Shown one piece after another: positions 1 through 10,150 of a stretch of 32,999 nt of DNA (position 1 is the first letter of the stretch; every line of letters begins with the position of its first letter). The notes under the pieces were generated by a model. That model was not told the DNA's origin. It did not search any database and saw only the letters and a list, made by a program, of their open reading frames with translations. A program made the translations under genes and the position numbers. The DNA is taken from the NCBI GenBank assembly GCA_049999805.1, contig JBNGIO010005789.1, positions 41,443 through 74,441 on the forward strand, written 5' to 3'. The stretch is from Folioceros fuciformis. Taxonomy: Eukaryota.

Positions 1-19
1 ATAGGGGACTGTGCTCGCC

Positions 20-351
20 AAGGAAGAGGACTGTAGCGGGCATCCCGAACCCGAACAATAACAATCTGCTTTCCCGTCTGCACCCTTATTCGTTCCGTTC
101 CCAATGGAAAGCTAGCTCTCTATACTCAAGCTCTCCGCATACGGCCAAAGCCAAATCTAGCAATGATGCCCTCCAAGTTTCCGCTTCCTTCCCGAAATCC
201 CTTCTTTTCCCCCTTTCATATCGAATAATATTTAATTAGTAGATTGTGGGCCGCATTGCCATTCAAAATGGTAAGGACTTGCGTCTGCCACACCTCATGC
301 CTGTACCTTTCACACCTCCGGCCCCCCTGCCCCGAACTCGGAAGTGTGACA
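20..351 (+). mobile_element. Possible polypurine tract plus 3' LTR of an LTR retrotransposon
   Basis: Purine run AAGGAAGAGGA (20-30) lies just before TGT at 32, and the 320 bp segment ends ...GTGTGACA at 351 (TG...CA ends). No partner LTR or TSD is visible in the window. Confidence 0.35.
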
Positions 352-487
352 CTCTCCTCGCTTCATGCAACACTAAGACCAAGACAAGTTTGATTCCCTG
401 CTCTAATGAATCCAACTAACCTTCAACTTAACATCAAGGACCATGCTTTCCTTCTCCAATCAAATCTCCTCAACTTCTTTTGTGGAA

Positions 488-750
488 CTCCACATAACCC
501 ACATTCATTTCTAAAGGTCCCAAGTACTAATCTCATATCTTTAAGTACTCAGCTGCAATCTAGATCAAGTTCCAACTCCACTCAATCCACATTCATTTCT
601 ATAGGCCTAAGTACCAATTTGTATATCACCAAGTACTCAGTTGCGGTCTAGCACCAACTCCAGCTCCACATAACCCACATTCATTTCTAAAGGTCCAAGT
701 ACTAATCTGCATATCTCCAAGTACTCAGCTGCAATCTAGCTCCAACTCTG
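488..750. repeat. 88-bp tandem repeat, 3 copies
   Basis: CTCCAC...CACATTCATTTCTA...AAGTACTCAG(C/T)TGC..TCTAG recurs at 488, 576 and 664. Confidence 0.9.
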
Positions 751-819
751 CGGACCTCTGAGTATGTATGTACCTAGCACCAGCTCAACCACATTACTAA
801 ATGCTAGCAAAAAAGTGTA

Positions 820-1410
820 GTCCTTTCGATGGACTTCCTTGGATCCTCTCAATAAATGCTCGAGTAACTTGAGGTCCTTTCAATCAACTAGTCTGACAAG
901 ATTGCAATTTGCCAAGTACACACACATATGTACCTCCCAATTCAACCACGCCACAAAACGGTTAGCAATAAATTGTGATGTAAACCGTGGTCCTTTGAGT
1001 AGACTTACTCCTCATAAATGTCCATGACCGTGCTCCTTTTAATGAACTTCCTCCAAGTACATATATAAGTCGTAGTTCCAGTTCTTTGAGTAGACTTACT
1101 CCAAATGAATGTCCACGACCCGTACTCCTTTCAATGGACTTCCTCCAAGTACATACATATGTCGCAATTCAAACACCAAACACATTGTGTACTAAATGCT
1201 AGCATCCAATTTCAAAGCATCTATTTTCCATGGACGTCCTCTCAGTACAATATCTCACTCTTCAAACACACTACAGGCTTGAAAGCATTCAATTTTGAAG
1301 TGACCCATGATCCTTCCAATGGACTCTTGACTTACTAAATCCTTCTAAACTAACCCGTGGTCCTTCATGGATGACTAAGTAACCTCTAGTCCTTTGAGTG
1401 GACTTCCATA
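820..1410. repeat. Degenerate repeat block, probably TE-derived
   Basis: Recurrent motifs (G)TCCTTTGAGTAGACTTAC and CCTTTCAATGGACTTCCTCCAAGTACAT, e.g. ~990-1075 vs ~1083-1165. Confidence 0.6.
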
Positions 1411-1714
1411 TACAAAACATGAAATTGAACATAACTTAGACATACATAATTTGGAGCTAGGCGTAACTTGTGATATTATCCATAGAAAAGGACTTGTGGC
1501 TACTCTACATTTGACAAGAGTCATCAAAAATACATTGCATGTATAAGAGACAATAAAAGCTCTTTATTCTTAAAAAGAGTCAACATGACAATACAAGAGA
1601 TCATAAAAGAAAACCCTTAGGACTCCTTCTCCTCTAGATTCCCTCTCTTCCTCCCCTCCAACTCTCCTTCAAAAACTCGCCTTCAACTCTCCTTCTCCTT
1701 GAGAGACTCGCATT

Positions 1715-1910
1715 CAACTCTCCTTCCAAAACTTCTCTTGAACTCTTCAATACACCCTACCTCCAACTCACTTGCAACTCTCTTTCCAAAACTTCCCTTG
1801 AACTCTTCAATACACCCTACCTCCAACTCACTTGCAACTCTCCTTCCAAAACTTCCCTTGAACTCTTCATTCCCTTGAACTCTTCAATACGCCCTACTCA
1901 ACCTTACTTG
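1715..1910. repeat. 60-bp tandem repeat, ~3 copies
   Basis: CAACTCTCCTTCCAAAACTTCCCTTGAACTCTTCAATACACCCTACCTCCAACTCACTTG at 1715 and 1775, a truncated copy at 1835, then a further partial copy. Confidence 0.9.
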
Positions 1911-3218
1911 CAAGACTGATCTCACTCCTAACTCTCATTTACACTCACCTCCTGAATTTGCGACGCACAATCTAAGCTATTGAAGATTCCAAACGTTAAA
2001 GTAAGTCAAAAAACTAATTTTAAGGTTCACTTAAAATTTATGAAACAAAAAGAAAAGAATGCTGAAGTAGATTTCGGGCTAAACTAAGCCTTATTGGGTT
2101 CCATGTCTATGTACCTATGTCATTCTACAACTAGATGTTGAGAGCATCATACCTTCACATGTTGAAGGCTGTGGTGTCGCTGTAAGGGTAAAACCTTACT
2201 GACCTGCATGCATGCGCTGCATGCCTCTCATGCACCGCTCCTTGCTTCGTATGCCTTTCTAACTGATAAGCGTTTGTTTCGTCTTCTAAGAGCCTGTTTT
2301 TTTCCTTTTCCCACGAAGAGAAAGGTTGTCTCATACCCCCCCACGACGATATCTGCGGCGGTTCTGGCAGAAAAAGATGCCGACATGGTCAGAGATTTGA
2401 CTATACATGCCCTTTCGGCATTATTTACGGAGTTTTCCAAGCAGCGCATGGGGAAGGGAGGACGTCTTACAAACAGAAAAGCCTCATGGAGGTTGGTAAG
2501 AATGGGGTGAAAACCAACCGCCTCGTCCCAGACTTCTTGGAGAGCTTCGTACACATACTCCAAGAATTTGGTAACCTCTCCCAAGGACCTGCGCCTTCTT
2601 CTATGCCATAGTCGCTTCACAGATGGTCCATTCCTTGAAAGAAGAGACAAAAACTATGAGACAGGAGCCACAGCCATACTGTGAAACGGAGATATGGATG
2701 CTCTGAACATTCAATCCCTCTGCCATCGCGCTGGACCAAGAGCACGGAAAACTCCAGCCCTGAAGCCCTGGACATAATCAACACCAGGGCGGCAACCAAT
2801 TGCCACCCGTGGCAGGGTAGGCGCGCCTGCAAGAAGTAGCGGAGCTCCGAGAGGGACCTGCCAGCGGCAAGGAGGCAGCGGGTAAGTATATTGTGGGACG
2901 AAATGGAGGGCCTTCCGTCGTACATGAAGAGATGTAGATCGCAAACAAAGAGAAGAGAACAACGCAGAAGAGAGCCAAAATCCGGGGCCTGCACCGGTGC
3001 CCTAACTACTCATCTCCAAACACCCGGCACATCCCAGCGAGTCCACACCAGGCAGAGGCAGCTTCTGTGTTGCATTGAAGATGAGAGTTGCCAGGATTAG
3101 CGTTAGCCGTCCCTGTCCATGTCTCAGTTTGGGTAGGAACGGAACAGAACGGGCCGGACTTGTCCACTTCTCAGTGAGCGTATTCACCCGAGGGGTACTC
3201 GCAACAATTGATTTTGTT

Positions 3219-6200
3219 TCACGGTCGCCCCTTACAACTGCAGCACCCAGCTGTGAATCGGTGTACACGGTACCCATCCCTTACAACAATGTCTCTGTCT
3301 TCAACCCTGGACATGATCTCCGTGGAACTGTGGCAGTCACTGCACATGCGGAGATTCTTCGTTACCACCAGAGGTGTCCCATTCGGAGTGTTTAAGAGAC
3401 CGAACGCTAAAGCTAGCTTCTCAGCATGCCCACAAAGCACATCTTCCTTCTCCGTCTCACACAGTGGCTTCAACACCAAGTTGGTGTGAGGTACGTGGCC
3501 TCCTTCGTGCTTCATACGTGCATTCGTGCTCTCTACCTTCAGCGCAATGTCCATTCTCCTTTCTCCCACCAGGAATCTGTGAACCTCCATATTCACCTCA
3601 ATGGTCGCCACTGCAGGTTTCTTTTTAGCTCCAGCTTTTTTTCTCTGTGTTTCGATTCTGTCGACATCGGTCCACCTACCTGCATCCGCGTAGGTATTGG
3701 CCAAGAGCACATAGGCAGACGCCATGTGAGGGTCCAGCCTAACAATGCTTTCGAAACACCACACAGCCCTCTCTACATCCCCGTAACTTTTGCAGGCATG
3801 CAACAGAGATATCAAGCCCACAACATCACTTTGGCCCTCACAAGATAATAGCATCTTCTCTGCCTCAACTAGATGGCCAGCACGACCAAGAAGATCAATC
3901 ATGCAGGTGTAATGTTCAATAGTAGGTTTGATGCCATGCTGTTCAGCCATGGAATCAAAGTATTTGCGACCCTGGTGGACCAGTCCTTCATGACTGCAAG
4001 CTGCTAGAAGGCAGGTAAAAGTAGCATCGTTAGGCTGAACACCGGCAACCAACATCTCCTCGAAACAAGCTATTGCCTTGTGAGCTTCATCACAAGCACC
4101 ATACCCAGATATCAGGGCATTCCATGTCACCACGTCCTTCGTGACCAAGCTGTCAAAAACCTGGCGAGCATCGGCCAACGCACCACATTTCACATACATG
4201 TCCACCAGGCAGTTGCCCACCAAACCATCATCCAGCAATCCTCTTCCTACAATCTTTGAGTGCAGCTCCCTGCCCTTCTGTAAGGCACCAGTGCTTGCAC
4301 AGGAGTTGAGAAGGCAAGCAAAAGTAACATCGTTAGCCAACTCGAGGCCCAACGCCTCCATTTGTCCATACGCAACAAGCGCCTCCTGGCAGAGTCCTTG
4401 CTGCGCATACCCGGCAATCAGGGTTGTCCATGTAACCACATCCTTTGTGTTCATGCTGTCAAAAACATGGCGTGCATGTTCCAGTTTGCCACATTTTGCA
4501 TACATGTCCACCAAGCAGTTGCCCACCACACCGCTGTCCAACAGTCCTCTATCCACAATCTGCAAGTGCAGTTGCATACCCTGCTGTAAGGCACCAGTGC
4601 TTCCACAGGCACTCAGAAGGCAAGAGAACGTAACATGGTCAGCCAAAATAAAGCCAGCCTCCTCCATCTGTGCATACACAACAAGCGCCTCTTGGCCAAG
4701 CCCCTGCTGTGCATACCCAGCAATCAGGGCTGTCCATGTTACCACATCCTTCGCGTCCATGCTGTCAAAAACCTGGCGTGCATCTTCCAGTTTGCCACAT
4801 TTTGCATACCCAGCAATCAACGCTGTCCACGTCACCACGTTCTTTGCGTTCATGCCGTCAAAAATCTGGCGTGCATCTTCGAGTTCACCACATTTTGCAT
4901 ACATGTCCACCAGGCAGGTGCCCACCACTACATCATCCAGCACACCTCTTTCAACAATCTGGGAGTGCAGCTGCCTGCCCTTCTGCAAGGCACCACTGCT
5001 TCCACAGGCCTTCAGAAGGCAAGCAAAAGTAAACTGGTCAGCCAAAATGAGGCCCGCCTCCTCCATTTGTCCATACACAACAAGCGCCTCTCGGCCTAGC
5101 CCTTCCTGCACATACCCAGCAATCAGGGAGGTCCATGTCACCACGTCCTTTGTGGCCATGTTGGCAAAAATCTGGCGTGCAACGTCCAGCTCGCCGCATT
5201 TTATATACCCAGCAATGAGAGCATTCCATGTCACCACATTCTTGGTATTCATGCTGTCGAAAACCTGGCGCGCATCTTCCATCTTGCCACATTTTGCATA
5301 CATGTCCACCAGGCCGGTGCCAACAAATACGTTAATAGGAACGCCACTCTGCACCACATCACAGTGCATTTTTCTGCCGGATTCAAAGTCGGCAACAAAT
5401 GCACATGATTGAAGGGCAGCCACAAACAAGTGAGCATCAGGCTTCACTCCTGACCTACGCATCTCATGGTAGAGTTGTATGGCCTCCTCAGGTTTCCCAT
5501 GCTTAGCATATGAGGAGATTATGGAAGACCACATGAAGACATTTGGTTTTCTCACCCTGGTGAACACACCCATGGCCTCCTCCAGCCGACCTCCACATGC
5601 ATACATGCGCAATATATGATACGCCAAGTTTGCACTCGACTCGTACCCAAGTTTGACAGTGAGATCATGAACTCGTCGCCCCACGACCAAATCCTTTTCA
5701 GCTGTACACAGTTTTAGAACATTGCACAAAAGAGACTGAGAAACAGAAGAGGCTGTCCGCACCAGAAATTCCAAGGCTCGTACGGCCTCAGAAAGCTTTC
5801 CCTGCTGACATAACGTGCTCACAGCATTAACGACACCCATTTCCGATCCTGCATGCCTCCCAGGTTCAGGCTTATCCTGAGAGCTGAAGTCGGAAAGAGA
5901 GGCACCATGGCCCATCGGATGTGGAACTGCTGGGCTCCGTACGCTACTGCACACGGAGCCCATTTCCAAACCTGCACACCTTTCACGGTCAGGATAATCC
6001 GGGGAGCTCAACTTGGAAGGAGAGGCACCATGGCCCATCAGCATATCCAAGGAACTGAGCTGCTCATCAACCCAAGTTGGCTTAAACATGTCATTCAACC
6101 ACAGCACCTCGCCGGACCCTTTTCGCCGGAAGTCAGGAGAAAGGGAGCTCTTCTTATCCCGTCTGTTATCCCACCACATGGTAGGGTCCATAAACAAGTG

Positions 6201-6467
6201 CTGCCACAAGTGCTCCTGCTCCTTCTCCTGGCAACCACCATCGCTGGCAAGCCCGTCCCTAACCACAGACTCTCTCAGCAGTGGCAGTGCTGGGCTACTT
6301 ACCCTGCTGCACCTGGAGGCTTTGCTTGCCAGGCATCGACTCCCTAAACCGAGACTACCAGGAGCTCTTGTTACAATCCCTGTCCGCACACTAATTTGTT
6401 GAGCCCCGCCTGAAAGCCATTGACGTGCATAGAGAAGAAAAGAACCATCAGCCTTCGCTGGGGCCAT
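3219..6467 (-). CDS. PLS-class PPR protein with E1/E2 and DYW:KP (GRP-type) domain plus N-terminal PDF motif; putative organellar (U-to-C) RNA editing factor
   Basis: Intronless 1082-aa ORF. R/S/A-rich transit-like N-terminus, ~20 P/L/S/SS motifs, then E1, E2, KKKPAVATIEV (KPAxA replacing the PG box), HAEKLA, KNLRMCSDCH and terminal CCSCKGRP. Confidence 0.96.
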   Translation of the reverse strand: MAPAKADGSFLLYARQWLSGGAQQISVRTGIVTRAPGSLGLGSRCLASKASRCSRVSSPALPLLRESVVRDGLASDGGCQEKEQEHLWQHLFMDPTMWWDNRRDKKSSLSPDFRRKGSGEVLWLNDMFKPTWVDEQLSSLDMLMGHGASPSKLSSPDYPDRERCAGLEMGSVCSSVRSPAVPHPMGHGASLSDFSSQDKPEPGRHAGSEMGVVNAVSTLCQQGKLSEAVRALEFLVRTASSVSQSLLCNVLKLCTAEKDLVVGRRVHDLTVKLGYESSANLAYHILRMYACGGRLEEAMGVFTRVRKPNVFMWSSIISSYAKHGKPEEAIQLYHEMRRSGVKPDAHLFVAALQSCAFVADFESGRKMHCDVVQSGVPINVFVGTGLVDMYAKCGKMEDARQVFDSMNTKNVVTWNALIAGYIKCGELDVARQIFANMATKDVVTWTSLIAGYVQEGLGREALVVYGQMEEAGLILADQFTFACLLKACGSSGALQKGRQLHSQIVERGVLDDVVVGTCLVDMYAKCGELEDARQIFDGMNAKNVVTWTALIAGYAKCGKLEDARQVFDSMDAKDVVTWTALIAGYAQQGLGQEALVVYAQMEEAGFILADHVTFSCLLSACGSTGALQQGMQLHLQIVDRGLLDSGVVGNCLVDMYAKCGKLEHARHVFDSMNTKDVVTWTTLIAGYAQQGLCQEALVAYGQMEALGLELANDVTFACLLNSCASTGALQKGRELHSKIVGRGLLDDGLVGNCLVDMYVKCGALADARQVFDSLVTKDVVTWNALISGYGACDEAHKAIACFEEMLVAGVQPNDATFTCLLAACSHEGLVHQGRKYFDSMAEQHGIKPTIEHYTCMIDLLGRAGHLVEAEKMLLSCEGQSDVVGLISLLHACKSYGDVERAVWCFESIVRLDPHMASAYVLLANTYADAGRWTDVDRIETQRKKAGAKKKPAVATIEVNMEVHRFLVGERRMDIALKVESTNARMKHEGGHVPHTNLVLKPLCETEKEDVLCGHAEKLALAFGLLNTPNGTPLVVTKNLRMCSDCHSSTEIMSRVEDRDIVVRDGYRVHRFTAGCCSCKGRP

Positions 6468-7255
6468 CGTTCACGGGCAGCTGTCGGAATTGCATTCCCG
6501 GAAAGCAAGAGCTCCACGGTCCAACGAGTTCGACAAGCTACACACCTACCAAACGAACAAAGCAGAGAAACAATGTCACGCAACATTGGAATCAGGTGGC
6601 ATGGAGAGAAGATATAACTGAAAGTTGTCGAAATCATCCTTACCTGTTTTCTACTAACTCTGCTGCAGAGCACAGAAGCATGAGCAAGACCTGCAAACAC
6701 AACCTTCAAGCTTCCACGCCGGTATTGTGCCCTTCCTGGATTTCTCGGGAGGTGCAAGACGAAGGTCCCTTGACAGAAAACAGGTCTTTCACAAGGATCA
6801 GACTCCCATGCCTTGTCCAGTCCACAGATTCGTCCCCAAAACTCCACATCGTTGGACCCCTGCCCGAAATAGGGCTTGAGATCTTAAATTAAAGGCAGGA
6901 TCGGTCTCTTGTCCTTCAAATTTGCTGAGTATGTGATACGAGGCCACAGCATGGTTTCGCTTCCTGACGAAACCCGACACTATAACCGAAGGTCGGGCAC
7001 CTTCCTCCCCAACACTCTGTACAGTTTACCACCAGCTGGGTTCACCAGGGTCTATGATTGGGCTGCCAGGCAGTCCCCGCAGGAGCCAGTGAGAAGTTGG
7101 CATATCAGCATCGAGAGCATATGGTACCATGGCCTCCAACCAAGAGCTCTGCAAGTAACAATCTTAAGGTATGCAAGTGGTCAGTCTTCCACACACCGTG
7201 AGAGACTAGAAAATTGACGTGCAATGACATGCAAGCGCCAGTGTATATGACCAGA

Positions 7256-7286
7256 AATAAAATAAATAAATAAATAAATAAATAAA
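7256..7286. repeat. (AAAT)n microsatellite
   Basis: Direct reading: aataaaataaataaataaataaataaataaa. Confidence 0.9.
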
Positions 7287-7836
7287 GCGCGAATGCAAAT
7301 GCACATGAGGAGGGAAGGAGGAAAGTGCTGCGCAGCTGCGCCCAGACCTTCGATCCCGACGCCTGACTCTTCACGACTCGAATCGGGTGCGCACAATCTG
7401 AAGAGTGGGCCCTCGGATTCTTCCCTGGCGGTAGCGATCTCATGCCGTTCCTTCGTGCGGGGGGACGAATTTGCGCAGAAGTTTGGGCAGGAGCGGAGTG
7501 GGCAGGTTGGATTACATTTTTTTCCGTGTTGCTGGAATTGGCAGAGTTCCCGGGGCTGTGTCTCATCCGAAGCGCAGGCCGGCGGGAGGACTGCGTGCGG
7601 ATGACGGGGGGATGTAGGCAGGAGAAGTGGATGCGTTCCCAAGGCGGATCTGGATCGCTGCTCTTACGCTGGGACTTCCTGCAACCTTCCCCCTAGCTGC
7701 GGGCTTGGCTTGAGTTCTGGCTTGAGTGGTGGATCAGGGATCCGGGGGAAGGGGGCGGTAGAGGGGCTGTGTTCGGGCGGGGATTGATTTTTGAGAGGTC
7801 GGTGCAAAGGATTCCGTTGTTTGGGAGCAGGGAGTC

Positions 7837-9418
7837 ATGGAGGCAGGTGCTGGTTACGAGGAGGTTCCCGAGACCGAGATGGTTGCTGCAGACACGGATC
7901 CGCTTGTCAGACCGGAGAGGCCTCGTCGTCACCAGTCAGTTTTCCCTGGAGCCGTCAAGACGATGTCTTACAGATTTGACGGGCATGGGAAGTTCACCAA
8001 GCTGGACTGGGACCTGAGTAGGGAGTGGGAAGGGGGTGATCTGGGGTTTAGTTGGTTCCATGTGGAGCTGCCGAGGTCTATTAAGAATCCGGCCGTGGCG
8101 GCACAGTATCTGATTGATGTGCTGTGTCCGCCGTTGAAGTTGCAGGATATTTTGGCCATGGTGAGCACTGGGCCGTTCTGTGGGCCTGTGGATGGGGCGT
8201 TGATGTTTAGGGTGAACTCTGCGGGTCCGCCCGGTAGTAAGTTTACTCAGAAGATTGCTGCCCGTGTCACTAAAGATACAGTCATCACGGTGTCGTTAGG
8301 TAGGATTCCCAGACTGGAGTTCTTGAGTAACCCCACTCAATCGCTGCTTACGGAGATCCCCAGTGTGGAGCCACCTTCTGGGCGGGCGGACAGGTACTTG
8401 GCTTCTCAGTCTTCGTTCCGAGGGAGGAACTTGAAGGATTACCCGGAGAGTATAGTGATTCAGGAGCATGTGTTGGAGTTTTTGTTGACCATGAATCATC
8501 CCGATGATCTGGAAAATCAGATTCCAACTGATGTGCCCAAGCTGATCATCCACATTGTGGACACGCACATCGACCAGCTTCAGGATATTGTTATCAGATT
8601 GGAGGCGGAATTGGATGTTGTTGAGAATGAGATGGACTCAAGTAAGCTGGTGTGAGTGTTTTGTTTGTGTGAGACAATACCGACTGCTTTGTCGAACCGC
8701 AGGCTGATGATTGATTCTGTACTGCCAGGTGGTTACGGAGTCAAGAAACAGATGCTTGACGAAAGGCGGTTCCCTCAAATGCATCTGGATTTGCAGCGGC
8801 TTCTCCAGGTGATTGCTCATGGGGAACAGGTTTTCCCACGAGTCAAGGACAAGTGGGGACGTTCAGAAAAGTGGACTGCGGTAGATGATGTCGCTGCCCT
8901 TGAAGCACTCGTGGGACGGCTCAGGAAGCTGAAAGAGAACGTTGGTTTCATAGCCAGTCGTGTTACTGCTATTCAGGCTGGGCTGACGTCTTGGCAGTCT
9001 GAGCAAATCAACCGCAAGCTCTACTATCTGTCGTTCCTCTCCATGATATTTCTGCCCCTGTCCATCGTCACTGGAGGTAGGTCTCAACTCAGGAACACGT
9101 CCTTGCTACTAGCCGAGGGTTGGGGACTCTACTAACTCTGGCTTGTGTTCAGCTTTTGGCATGAATGTGGGAGGGATTCCATGGACAGAGCAGAAGAACC
9201 CGGCCTTGAGAGACGGCTTTCTCAACGTCATTTTAATATGCTCAGCCATCTTGGGCCTGCTCCTCTTGTGCTTTTGTGCCGGACCTGTTGTCTCCTTCCT
9301 TTCCACAGGGCGCAAGAAAGCCGCTGCCAGCAAGCTGTGGCAGAGTACCAAGCGCACCATGTCTATCAGCAGGAGGAAAGGTGCTCTACACTCCAACAGG
9401 ATACACGACTCTCCCTAG
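7837..9418 (+). CDS. CorA/ZntB-like Mg2+/Zn2+ transporter; exons 7837-8641, 8729-9076, 9153-9418
   Basis: Frame is preserved across two GT-AG introns (87 and 76 nt). C-terminal ...IFLPLSIVTG/AFGMNVGGIPW carries the CorA GMN signature and two TM helices. Confidence 0.92.
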
Positions 9419-10150
9419 AGTGTGGTGGGAGTGTTGCATGGACAGGGAGCGCCACGCCACCTCACCCATCAACATCAACCTGTGCCCGCCTTTTTCAGGG
9501 CTTTGTCCTCCAATCAATCCCTTGCGATTCTTTCTCCTCCAGTCAGCCACCTGCGATTCTTTCTCCTGCAATCGACCGTCGGCCAGTTGGCCTCACCTGA
9601 TGAACTAGGCCCCGTGCTTGATTCCGTCTGGTCATGGTAATAATTTTTACTCTTGCGTAAGATGCAGCCCCAACTGGTACTTCCGATCGGAATCTGCAAG
9701 GCCGCTGAAGCACGCTTCTCTCATCATCTCATGACCATCATGCACTGTCTGACAATGGAAATGAGACGCGTGCTTATGAGACGATTTGTTACTAGTAGAT
9801 TGAGTCGGGCTCATCAGATGTCTCTCATGTACGTGGAGTCCCAGACTGGATCTCGATATAATTCCATGAGCGGGGCGGATAAGGGCCTGGCCAGCCTCAC
9901 CCAAATGAAGATTCTTGGGACGCTTCCGGCGGGTGTAGCGACAGCCCGATTGCCATCTAAGCGGGATGGGCCGCGATGAAGCCGACGCGGTGGCGACAGT
10001 GCCAATTTGCCCTGCCTTGTTTTCTCAAGTGCAAATTTTTTGTCTCACTCGCCTTGTTTGAAGGATTGGATTTTTGTAGTGATGGTAATTCTCAAGGCTT
10101 GCTCTAGGATTGCTGCCAGCGTTGCAGATCGGGGGTTGGAGCACAATCAC

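Noticed and set aside
488-750. Regular repeats as a CRISPR-like array
   Set aside because: Whole units are similar with no unique spacers; eukaryotic context and no cas genes.
2228-2994. Minus-strand ORFs of 140 and 125 aa downstream of the PPR gene
   Set aside because: No recognisable motif and no confident splice model; could be an orphan or degenerate gene but cannot be supported.
4141-5412. 423-aa plus-strand repetitive ORF
   Set aside because: Antisense shadow of the PPR repeats; its periodicity is fully explained by the minus-strand gene.
6371-7700. Several 100-160 aa ORFs between the PPR and CorA genes
   Set aside because: Overlapping on both strands with no domain; the region is the divergent promoter/UTR interval and includes a microsatellite.
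9521-9573. ~29-bp direct duplication (TGCGATTCTTTCTCCT..A.TC) in the CorA 3' region
   Set aside because: A simple local slippage duplication with no further structure.
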